From positions 34,755 through 98,754 of the forward strand of contig CBDFHL010000006.1 in NCBI GenBank assembly GCA_965247625.1: DNA of 64,000 nt. The letters run 5' to 3'. The position numbers and the translations under genes are program-made. The notes beneath the pieces were generated by a model. The model was not told the DNA's origin. It made no database searches and worked only from the letters and a program-made list of their open reading frames with translations. Source of the DNA: Methyloglobulus sp. (lineage in GTDB: Bacteria > Pseudomonadota > Gammaproteobacteria > Methylococcales > Methylomonadaceae). This document shows, one piece after another, positions 55,834-64,000 of the stretch (position 1 is the stretch's first letter; every line of letters starts with the position of its first letter).

Positions 55834-57327
55834 TTAATGTTCCAAATCGAATTTACGTAATTTTTCGACCAATGTTGTACGCCGCATATTCAGGCGTTTT
55901 GCAGCATGGGCAACCACACCATTACATTCATCCAAGGCTTGGCGTATCAGGTCGCTTTCAAGGATATTCAGGTACTCTTTTAAGTCTATGCCTTCCGAGG
56001 GAAGTTGGGCCAAAGCAGCCGGCAGATTATCGGTGTTGTCATCAGGGTGTAAATATTCCAGCGACTCGGCTCTGCTGATTTTAACGGGTTGGGCGACATT
56101 AACGTTTTCGGCTGGTATTTCATATTGCTGAAATTTTTCCGGTAAATTGCCCACATCGACCTGTTCGTCAGGGTAAATAATAGCCATCCGTTCTATTAAA
56201 TTTGCCAATTCCCTAATATTACCCGGCCACTCATATTGCATCAATGCCGCTATAGATGCGTTAGTAAAGCTTACTGAACCGCGCCCAGCATCTTCCATGC
56301 ACCCAATAATGTCTTCTACTAATAAAGGGATATCCTCAATTCGATCCCGTAATGACGATACTTCAATTGGAAATACATTTAACCGGTAAAACAAGTCTTC
56401 CCGGAACCGGTTACCTTTTATTTCTTCGGCTAGGCGGCGATGTGTAGCGGCAATTACCCTAACATCGCAATGCATAGTTTTATTGCTACCTACCCGTTCA
56501 AATGTACGCTCTTGCAATACGCGCAGTAGTTTTACCTGCATAGGCATTGGCATGTCGCCAATTTCATCAAGAAAAAGCGTGCCTCCTTCCGCCATTTCGA
56601 AACGGCCTTGCCTTACCCCTAATGCACCGGTAAATGCGCCTTTCTCATGGCCAAATAGTTCACTTTCCAATAGTTCAGCCGGGATAGCACCGCAGTTAAT
56701 CGGTACAAATAGCTTTGGTTTCCGCAAAGAAGCATCGTGAATAGCCCGGGCAATAATTTCTTTTCCAGTCCCTGATTCGCCTAGGATTAATACAGTCGCA
56801 TCTGATTTGGCAACTTGGGCAATTGCTTTACGGATATTGACAATGGCTTTGCTGGTGCCTTTTAATCGGTCTTGTGCCGACAAACGCCGGTCAAATCCAC
56901 TTCTGCGGTCTAAGAATCCCCGCCTCAATGCAGCTGGAGGTGGTTCTTCAGTAGTTTCTTGTCCGCCAAAAGTGGTTGATATTTTGTCAGTGATCCGCTT
57001 TAAAGCGGGGTGGGTCACCGGCCATTCCAAGACTTGCGATACATTACTGTTAAGCGCTGGTGAGTCTTGCAGGGAATCGGCTTTATCCATAATTAAAATG
57101 ACCGGCGCTTTTTCTGCTTTGCTGACAATATCGCTAATAATGGCGGCTTGTTTATTCAGGCCGTTACCTATAAAAACGCCATACAACTGGTCAAATGCGC
57201 AGGCAACAGAACCGTAACTTTCTGAATCAGTTGCTTTTACCTGGTACTCCATAAACTGGAGGATAGTCTCAAGGTGTTGTGACCTTGTTGTATTATCATC
57301 AACTAATAAAATATACGGCAAAGCCAT
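55834..57327 (-). CDS. fleQ: Sigma-54-dependent flagellar master regulator FleQ/FlrA type
   Basis: The degenerate receiver-like N-domain ([23 protein letters not shown]) appears colinear with what I recall of P. aeruginosa FleQ. AAA+ motifs GESGTGKE and GAFTGA. C-terminal HTH ..[16 protein letters not shown]. The track start 57348 is TTG; ATG at 57327 fits the homologue length. Confidence 0.9.
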   Translation of the reverse strand: MALPYILLVDDNTTRSQHLETILQFMEYQVKATDSESYGSVACAFDQLYGVFIGNGLNKQAAIISDIVSKAEKAPVILIMDKADSLQDSPALNSNVSQVLEWPVTHPALKRITDKISTTFGGQETTEEPPPAALRRGFLDRRSGFDRRLSAQDRLKGTSKAIVNIRKAIAQVAKSDATVLILGESGTGKEIIARAIHDASLRKPKLFVPINCGAIPAELLESELFGHEKGAFTGALGVRQGRFEMAEGGTLFLDEIGDMPMPMQVKLLRVLQERTFERVGSNKTMHCDVRVIAATHRRLAEEIKGNRFREDLFYRLNVFPIEVSSLRDRIEDIPLLVEDIIGCMEDAGRGSVSFTNASIAALMQYEWPGNIRELANLIERMAIIYPDEQVDVGNLPEKFQQYEIPAENVNVAQPVKISRAESLEYLHPDDNTDNLPAALAQLPSEGIDLKEYLNILESDLIRQALDECNGVVAHAAKRLNMRRTTLVEKLRKFDLEH

Positions 57328-57746
57328 TTTCCTGGACTCATCATTCAATATTTAATGCTGAAAACGCTATCTATAAGCCAGTTATCACGAATAGCTGTGT
57401 TTCCAAGCGGTGACGTCTCACAATTGTTCCGGTTAATCTAAAGCAATATTTTGAACACTGTTAATCGTTGTGTGATTTAAGTGGCGTAGGGATATAACCT
57501 TGATATAACTTATAGAAATATAGTTGAAATAACGGGTTAGTTCCAGAAGTGTCAAATAATTGTCGGGGCGATATTGATAGCGGCCGCAATGCGTTTATGC
57601 CCTTAATTTTTTGGGTTTTATGGCAAAACCTGCCTAACCACCGAAATACTTTGAATTGCCCTACAGATTTAAATGGCAGAGGGTTACTTTTTTAAGGCTT
57701 TGTATAAACTAGAAATTATAGCTTTTATAAATTTCTGGAGGGCCGA

Positions 57747-58181
57747 ATGGCTTCACTACCCTATGAAAAAACAGCCAACCTAACGTGGTTAATTGGGCTT
57801 GGAAGCGTTCTGGTTATGCCTGATGCTGTATTGGGATTGTTGCTTGGCTTAACGCATGTTTTATTCGAGTGCGCCCATCTGCTTTTTGGGCTGTTTGAGT
57901 CGGCACTTGATCATTTTGTTGAACACACTTTTCATACGCGAACCCGGGAAACTCAAATTATTGTTTTTTATATAATATTTTTCATGGGTTTGGGTGGGCT
58001 TTATTTTTTGTGGCGGGTAACCTGGTTTGTATTTTACAAGCTCAAGAAATTGGCAGTAGCTGCTTTTGTAAACCAAAAAAACCGTTTTTTGAGGTATTGG
58101 GAAGAATCAGCAAATAACAAATTTAAATTAATTGCAGGGTTTAATGTGGCGTTAACCGTTATGTATCTTATTTGTTTTTAA
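57747..58181 (+). CDS. Hypothetical integral membrane protein (144 aa)
   Basis: Strong SD sequence (TGGAGG, 5-nt spacer). Three to four hydrophobic helices. I recognise no family. Confidence 0.55.
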   Translation: MASLPYEKTANLTWLIGLGSVLVMPDAVLGLLLGLTHVLFECAHLLFGLFESALDHFVEHTFHTRTRETQIIVFYIIFFMGLGGLYFLWRVTWFVFYKLKKLAVAAFVNQKNRFLRYWEESANNKFKLIAGFNVALTVMYLICF

Positions 58182-58259
58182 CCCGTGAAAAAATGACATG
58201 TAACCTTAAGTTAAATGCTACAGCCAATAACTTCAGGTCAAGTATTTAGGTGATAAAGT

Positions 58260-59384
58260 TTATGCGTAAAGGCTTAACAAGCCTTTATTGATAACTTGGC
58301 CGGATTCACTGGGATCTAGTGCATTGGGGATAGTTTCAGGATTTTGATTATTGGGATCGCCGCCAGTCCCATAGAAAGGCTGCGAAGGTGAACGCCCATT
58401 ACTTGGGTTTTGGGAAATATTGACATTGACTAAATTGAGTTGTTGCCCAAGGAGCATCTCCTTTAGTTTGGGGATCGAGGCTTCTAGGGCTTCTTTGGTT
58501 TCAGCATGCTGGGCCGTAAACAAAATAGATGCCTGATTATCTTGAGTAACATCAATTTTAATTGAAATTGGGCCAAGATTAGCTGGATTTAACTTAATTT
58601 CTGCCGCCGAAATATCTTTGTTGTTCATCCAAATGATCTGCTCACCGAGATCCTTGCCCCATCCAGGATGTGTGATGGGTCTTGTTATAACGGCGCTTTC
58701 CATTCGCGTATCTATTGGTTTTTGAATCGGTAGTATCTCTGGTGTGGCTTCTGAAACTTTTTGCCCAGATCCTGCGAGAGAAGTTAATGTTTGTTTGAAT
58801 GTGTCCGCACTGTCCGTCGACGGTAAGCTAGCCCCTTCGCTAGGCTGCATTGCCTGTCCAAAGGCAGTTGCTTTTTGCAGCGAAACGCCTGATGGCATAC
58901 TGTCGTCAACCATGGTGGCTTTATTAGCCTCTTCAGGCATCGGTTTTGCCACAGTAAGGCCAGTTAAAGCCATTGCACTGCCCAGGTGTTGTGCCGCGCT
59001 AACGTCCGTAGGGACTGAATCAGTTGGTGTAGTCGCCGCCAACCCATCAGTTAAGTTAAAAAAAGTGGGCTCTAAATTAGTTGCGGCAGTCCCTTTATCT
59101 GGAGTTGACGGCGGAAAGTATTTTTCAAGTAATGCGGCAAGCTCCTGATGATCTTCATCACTATGGGCTTTTACATCCTCGCCACTAGATTGCTTCTCAA
59201 CACTTTGTTGCGCTTTAGGAGGCTCTTCTTTGGGCTTTGGTTCTTTAAAAAACTTATCTTGTTCTTTTAAGGCATCAGCGAAGTTATTTGGGTCCCCTTG
59301 GTTTTCAGGTAAATGGGCGGTGCTGCTGTCAATAGGCTTATTGCCAGATGGCTTGGGTGCTATATTTAGGCTGTTAACATTCAT
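58260..59384 (-). CDS. fliK: Flagellar hook-length control protein FliK
   Basis: Pro/Ser-rich N-terminal half. The C-terminal Flg_hook-type region reads ..AAEIKLNPANLGPISIKIDVTQDNQASILFTAQHAETKEALE... Confidence 0.88.
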   Translation of the reverse strand: MNVNSLNIAPKPSGNKPIDSSTAHLPENQGDPNNFADALKEQDKFFKEPKPKEEPPKAQQSVEKQSSGEDVKAHSDEDHQELAALLEKYFPPSTPDKGTAATNLEPTFFNLTDGLAATTPTDSVPTDVSAAQHLGSAMALTGLTVAKPMPEEANKATMVDDSMPSGVSLQKATAFGQAMQPSEGASLPSTDSADTFKQTLTSLAGSGQKVSEATPEILPIQKPIDTRMESAVITRPITHPGWGKDLGEQIIWMNNKDISAAEIKLNPANLGPISIKIDVTQDNQASILFTAQHAETKEALEASIPKLKEMLLGQQLNLVNVNISQNPSNGRSPSQPFYGTGGDPNNQNPETIPNALDPSESGQVINKGLLSLYA

Positions 59385-59803
59385 AACATATTCTCATTAC
59401 CAACTGGTTTAACTCAAGATTTATCCTAAAATTAACCGACTATCATTGTCCTTTGGAAAATAGGATAGACTGTTTTTTCATTATTTTCCTAAATTGCATT
59501 AACACTAGCATGGTTGGATAAGCCTTTCGATGGGCGGCTTAGCCTTTTTTGCACGGGTTCACATTATTTTGCATTTTATGGTAATTCAGGGAAGGAATAG
59601 ATGGATCTTGTATGGGTTTATTAAATAAGTAACAGGACAGTTTTTATATTTGAAATCTCAAAATAACCGTTTAGCTTGAAATAAATTGGAAATTTGGTGA
59701 GCCTGAAAAAATTTAGGGTGTTCAATTCCGGCTAAAGGCGCTAACCTTATAAACACAAAACATTGGTTTTAACTTTAAACAATACGAATAAACGCCACAA
59801 TAA

Positions 59804-60781
59804 ATGAGTGACTTACTTTCACAGGACGAAATTAATGCGCTGCTACAAGGTGTTGACGATGGTGATATTGAAACCGAAGTCGATGATTTTCAGGATAAAG
59901 GCAGCGCCAAAAATTATGACTTTAGCAGCCAAGAAAGGATTGTCCGGCGGCGTATTCCTACCCTGGAAATGATCAATGAAAGGTTTTCCAAGTCTTTACG
60001 CACATCCCTGTTCAAATTTTTGCACCGTTCGCCCGAAGTGTTCATGTCCGGCATCCAGATCCGGAAGTTTTCCCAATACTTAGACGAGCTACATGTTCCA
60101 GCCAACCTGAATATTATCCGTTTTTCCCCATTACGGGGGCGGGCATTGATAGAAATTGAACCGTCGCTGATTTTTACGGTGGTCGATAACTTTTTTGGTG
60201 GTGGCGGGCAGTTTTATAGCAATGCCGGTGAAGCGCGTGAATTCACCCTGACTGAAATGCGTATCGTCCAGATATTGCTGGATATGATGTTTAAAAACTT
60301 AAAGGAAGCCTGGAAACCGGTGATGGAACTCAATTTTGAGTTTATGAGTTCGGAAATTAACCCCAGTTTTGCAGGTATTGTTGGTGCGGAGGACATTGTG
60401 GTCATTTCCAAAGTTAATATTGCTTTGGAGAGTGGTGGTGGCGATATAAATATTGTCATGCCTTATGCGATGATTGAGCCAATCAGGGCATTATTGGATA
60501 CCATCGGCGATGATTCTGACGAATCTGACATTAAATGGAAGCGCGGCTTACGTAATGAAGTGATGGGGGCAAAAATGAATTTGAATGCGCTCCTGGTGGA
60601 AAAAAAAGTCACTATTGGTGAAGTGCTTTATTTTAAAAAAGGCGATGTCATTCCTATTGAAATGCCGAAAACGGTAACCCTAAAATCAGAAGGTATTCCT
60701 ATGTTTACCGGGAAAGCCTGTGTTTCAGAAGGTTTTTATGCCGTACAGGTTATAGATAAGGTAAAGACAGAATCTATCTAA
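59804..60781 (+). CDS. fliM: Flagellar motor switch protein FliM
   Basis: N-terminal CheY-P-binding peptide MSDLLSQDEINALL. 325 aa. Confidence 0.96.
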   Translation: MSDLLSQDEINALLQGVDDGDIETEVDDFQDKGSAKNYDFSSQERIVRRRIPTLEMINERFSKSLRTSLFKFLHRSPEVFMSGIQIRKFSQYLDELHVPANLNIIRFSPLRGRALIEIEPSLIFTVVDNFFGGGGQFYSNAGEAREFTLTEMRIVQILLDMMFKNLKEAWKPVMELNFEFMSSEINPSFAGIVGAEDIVVISKVNIALESGGGDINIVMPYAMIEPIRALLDTIGDDSDESDIKWKRGLRNEVMGAKMNLNALLVEKKVTIGEVLYFKKGDVIPIEMPKTVTLKSEGIPMFTGKACVSEGFYAVQVIDKVKTESI

Positions 60782-60821
60782 ATCAGTTCTGATTTTGACG
60801 ATAATTTAATTAGTGTGAAAA

Positions 60822-61190
60822 ATGATGAGTGAAGACGATATTGAACCAGTTGATGATGTAAGGGCAGCCATCTTTCAGGAGGTTGAAAAGCAGCAGGAAA
60901 AAAAACCAAGTCCGGCAAACTCGTCAGAGGAGCTGAATCTTGATGTTATTCTGGACGTGCCTGTTACCTTGTCCATGGAAATTGGCCGAACCCAAATTAA
61001 TATCAGAAATTTGTTACAGTTGAACCAAGGCTCAGTTGTCGAACTTGATCGTTTTGCCGGGGAACCACTTGACGTATTGGTTAACGGTACGCTGGTCGCG
61101 CATGGCGAGGTTGTCGTAATTAACGAGAAATTCGGAATTCGCTTAACCGACGTTATTAGCGTATCTGAGCGAGTTAAACGGCTCACCTAA
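60822..61190 (+). CDS. fliN: Flagellar motor switch protein FliN
   Basis: SpoA-type C-terminal domain ..LDVPVTLSMEIGRTQINIRNLLQLNQGSVVELDR... Confidence 0.95.
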   Translation: MMSEDDIEPVDDVRAAIFQEVEKQQEKKPSPANSSEELNLDVILDVPVTLSMEIGRTQINIRNLLQLNQGSVVELDRFAGEPLDVLVNGTLVAHGEVVVINEKFGIRLTDVISVSERVKRLT

Positions 61191-61636
61191 TGCCTTTAAA
61201 ATTGCTGCTGTGTTGGGTTTTATTATGTTGGCAGCGCGTCAGCCTAGCCGTAATTCCTGACGCAGGTTTGCCAAAACAGCCTGTCCGTACTGTTTCTCCC
61301 GCAGATATTGCGGCATGGGGCTTTGGCTTGGCCATTGTACTGGGTGTTTTTTTTCTATGCGTTTGGGGAATGCGAAAACTTAGTGGTTTAAACGTGGGTA
61401 GTGCTGAAAAAATCCGTATGGTTGGTGGGTTATCTTTAGGCATGCGGGAAAAAGTCATTTTATTGCAAGTCGGGAAAAAGCAGCTCATTCTTGGTGTAAC
61501 CCCAGGACGGATTGAAACCTTATTAGTTTTGGAGGGCGATGATTGTTTACAGAAAGACGATCCCTTGCCAGCAAAGGCAGAAACAGGGTTTACCCAAAAA
61601 TTGGCACAAGCGATGAAAGTCCGTACTGATGCATAA
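61190..61636 (+). CDS. fliO: Flagellar biosynthesis protein FliO
   Basis: TAATG overlap with fliN. A single TM helix plus ..[26 protein letters not shown]... Confidence 0.88.
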   Translation: MPLKLLLCWVLLCWQRVSLAVIPDAGLPKQPVRTVSPADIAAWGFGLAIVLGVFFLCVWGMRKLSGLNVGSAEKIRMVGGLSLGMREKVILLQVGKKQLILGVTPGRIETLLVLEGDDCLQKDDPLPAKAETGFTQKLAQAMKVRTDA

Positions 61637-62384
61637 CCGTCTACTCTGGCAATTAATTTTGGCCACCCTTTTTTTTCTACTGATTGAAAGCCCGGCTTAC
61701 GCCGCAGGTATTCAAGCTGTCACCGTCACCACCAATAACCAAGGTGGGCAAACCTATAGTGTCACTATCCAGATCTTGGCATTAATGACAGCATTAACTG
61801 TGCTGCCGGCGCTATTGTTGACCATGACCTCATTTACGCGGATCGTGATTGTCTTAAGCTTGCTTAGGCAAGCCTTGGGGACAGGACAGGCCCCCAGCAA
61901 CCAGGTGTTATTGGGCTTGTCGCTATTTTTGACGATTTTCATCATGATGCCAGTATTCGATAAAGTGAATACTGATGCCGTACAACCCTATTTGGAAGAA
62001 AAAATTGATATAACTGCCGCTATGGAAAAGGCATCGGCACCGTTCAGGCAGTTTATGTTGAAACAAACCCGTGAATCTGACCTGGAAATGTTTATCCGGA
62101 TTTCCGGAAATGCCGAACTACAATCGTCTGACGATGTCCCCTTCCCGTTATTAATGTCGGCTTTTGTTACGAGTGAGCTGAAAACCGCCTTTCAGATCGG
62201 ATTTTTAATCTTTCTGCCGTTTTTGATTATCGATCTTGTGGTTGCGAGTGTCTTGATGTCGATGGGGATGATGATGCTATCGCCGATGATTGTGTCGTTG
62301 CCATTCAAAATAATGCTCTTTGTCCTAGCCGATGGCTGGTCTTTGATTATGGAAATGCTGGCCGCGAGCTTTTATGTTAGTTGA
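61629..62384 (+). CDS. fliP: Flagellar export apparatus protein FliP
   Basis: ..[17 protein letters not shown].. and ..[28 protein letters not shown]... Confidence 0.97.
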   Translation: MHNRLLWQLILATLFFLLIESPAYAAGIQAVTVTTNNQGGQTYSVTIQILALMTALTVLPALLLTMTSFTRIVIVLSLLRQALGTGQAPSNQVLLGLSLFLTIFIMMPVFDKVNTDAVQPYLEEKIDITAAMEKASAPFRQFMLKQTRESDLEMFIRISGNAELQSSDDVPFPLLMSAFVTSELKTAFQIGFLIFLPFLIIDLVVASVLMSMGMMMLSPMIVSLPFKIMLFVLADGWSLIMEMLAASFYVS

Positions 62385-62399
62385 GCGTGAGGACCTGAT

Positions 62400-62669
62400 A
62401 TGACACCTGAAATTATCCATAGGGTTAGCCAGGATGCAATGATCGTTGCCATTAAGCTGACCGCTCCGGTGCTCATTCCTTCACTGGCGATAGGCCTTGT
62501 GATTGCCGTATTCCAAGCGGCTACCCAGATTAACGAAACCACCCTTACTTTCGTGCCCAAGTTAATTGTCATTGGCCTGGTGTTATTGATTGCAGGCCCT
62601 TGGATGCTACAAACATTCCTCGATTATTTTCAGGGTTTAATCCGGGAAATTCCACAATTGATTGGCTAA
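62400..62669 (+). CDS. fliQ: Flagellar export apparatus protein FliQ
   Basis: 89 aa. ..LVIAVFQAATQINETTLTFVPKL... Confidence 0.96.
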   Translation: MTPEIIHRVSQDAMIVAIKLTAPVLIPSLAIGLVIAVFQAATQINETTLTFVPKLIVIGLVLLIAGPWMLQTFLDYFQGLIREIPQLIG

Positions 62670-62672
62670 GCC

Positions 62673-63446
62673 ATGAATTTTACCGAAGGACAAATTACGG
62701 CATCAGTCGCGTCATTTATCTGGCCATTGATGCGTATTTCTGCCATGTTTGTTTCTATCCCCTTATTCAGCCTCCGTGCTGTTCCAGCTCGCGTCAGGTT
62801 AATCCTTTCCCTGGCGATAACGCTAGTGGTTATGCCGGTATTACCCACCTACCCAATGGTTGAGATGTTCAGTTACCAAGGGTTTTTAGTCACTGTTTCC
62901 CAAGTGATGATTGGCATAACCAGTGGTTTTATTGTGCAGCTGGTTTTTTCAGCACTTCTGTTTGCCGGCCAGGGGGTTGCCTTAAGTATGGGTTTAGGTT
63001 TTGCGTCGATGGTTGATCCACAAAACGGTCAGCAGGTGCCTGTCATCGCGCAATTTTATGTGATGGCCAGTACGTTAGTATTCCTTAGTTTGGATGGGCA
63101 TTTATTGTTAATTAAGATGCTAGTGGACAGTTTTACTAGCTTGCCGATAGGTATTGATGGCATTACCAAAGCCAACATTTGGGCTATTATTATGTGGAGT
63201 ACCCACATGTTTGCCGGTGGTTTACTCCTAACGATGCCTATTATCGTCAGCTTGCTGCTGGTTAACATAAGTTTAGGTGTAGCCACCCGGGCGGCACCAC
63301 AATTGAATATTTTTTCAGTTGGCTTCCCCGTTACCCTCATGCTAGGTATGTTATTGGTTTGGTTAACCTTGCCTGATTTTCTAGAGCAGTTTACGGGCGT
63401 TTTGACCGAATCCTATGATTTGGTCGGACAAATACTAAAACTTTAA
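62673..63446 (+). CDS. fliR: Flagellar export apparatus protein FliR
   Basis: 257 aa, polytopic, positioned after fliQ. Confidence 0.95.
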   Translation: MNFTEGQITASVASFIWPLMRISAMFVSIPLFSLRAVPARVRLILSLAITLVVMPVLPTYPMVEMFSYQGFLVTVSQVMIGITSGFIVQLVFSALLFAGQGVALSMGLGFASMVDPQNGQQVPVIAQFYVMASTLVFLSLDGHLLLIKMLVDSFTSLPIGIDGITKANIWAIIMWSTHMFAGGLLLTMPIIVSLLLVNISLGVATRAAPQLNIFSVGFPVTLMLGMLLVWLTLPDFLEQFTGVLTESYDLVGQILKL

Positions 63447-63560
63447 CTGGCTTAATTAGTGGCTATAAACGGCAGGGGCAAAAGATTTTTTGAATACAGT
63501 AATGTATAAATGACCTGCCTCTGCAACCTCGCCAGCCTTGTTACGACTGTAGATTAAATT

Positions 63561-64000
63561 ATGGCTGAAGATTCAGACCAGGAAAAAACCGAAGAACCCA
63601 CCAGTAAGCGTCTTGATGACGCCAGAAAGAAAGGCCAGATTGCAAGGTCCCGCGAATTTAATACCTTTGCCATGCTGATAACCAGCGCGGCTCTTTTGCT
63701 CCTAATGGGCAAACAAATAGGTAAAGGCCTATTGCACATCATGCAGGCCGAGTTCCAATTAAGCCGTGACGTTATTTTTGATCCGGCCAGCCCCATTACC
63801 CACCTAAAACAAGCCATGGCAGATGGGGTTATGCTAATAGTGCCTTTTATAGTGGTACTGGCCGTTGTGGCAATTGTTGCTCCCTTAGCGCTCGGTGGGT
63901 GGGTATTTACCTGGGACGCTATTACGCCCAAGTTTGAAAAACTTAATCCATTAAAAGGTATTGCCCGGATGTTTGCAATGCATGGCTTGATTGAGTTGGT
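63561..64000 (+). CDS. flhB: Flagellar export switch protein FlhB (N-terminal part, runs off right edge)
   Basis: From ATG at 63561 the frame reads MAEDSDQEKTEEPTSKRLDDARKKGQIARSREFNT..., the canonical FlhB N-terminus. It is absent from the ORF track because it has no stop codon in the window. The - strand ORF at 63554-63931 is its antisense shadow. Confidence 0.92.
   Translation, partial: MAEDSDQEKTEEPTSKRLDDARKKGQIARSREFNTFAMLITSAALLLLMGKQIGKGLLHIMQAEFQLSRDVIFDPASPITHLKQAMADGVMLIVPFIVVLAVVAIVAPLALGGWVFTWDAITPKFEKLNPLKGIARMFAMHGLIEL

Overview
This looks like a proteobacterial chemotaxis and flagellar neighbourhood. It is interrupted by a visibly more AT-rich accessory stretch that carries a complete iteron-type plasmid maintenance module.

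- 1-7.8 kb: two MCP genes (one runs off the left edge), cheA, a small ORF translationally coupled to cheA, and a STAS protein. A divergent pair encodes a membrane-anchored CheZ-like protein and a CheY.
- 7.9-15.9 kb: translationally coupled chrB-chrA-SOD, a secreted metzincin with PPC and PKD modules, an MtdA/MtdB-family dehydrogenase (a hint of a methylotroph host), and an EAL-HDOD protein.
- 16.0-21.2 kb: parB-parA, an AT-rich stretch plus 11 direct 17-bp iterons, a Rep initiator and kfrA. The module is bracketed by two copies of the palindrome ATTGGCTATAGCCAAT.
- 21.5-27.8 kb: a DUF4143-type AAA ATPase and a divergent GAPDH-family dehydrogenase. brnT-brnA follows, bracketed by 26-nt direct repeats. 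Then come an ORF-less group II intron ribozyme segment with textbook domains V and VI, a GGDEF cyclase, and a 1.1-kb AT-rich spacer with a 49-codon membrane ORF.
- 27.8-33.6 kb: porin-like OMP, tetrahaem cytochrome c, HAMP-only membrane protein, PAS-containing MCP.
- 33.7-44.8 kb: cheD, cheR, three tandem poly-HAMP MCP paralogues (423 bp identical between two of them), cheW, cheY.
- 45-64 kb: motAB, flgM-flgN plus a PilZ protein, fliJIHGFE, fleQ, fliK, fliMNOPQR, flhB (partial).

I recognised no rRNA, tRNA, CRISPR array, transposase or integrase. All calls come from reading the sequence and the ORF track; no database search or folding program was run. Several ORF-track starts use GTG or TTG, and I moved them to ATG codons preceded by a Shine-Dalgarno (SD) sequence where noted.
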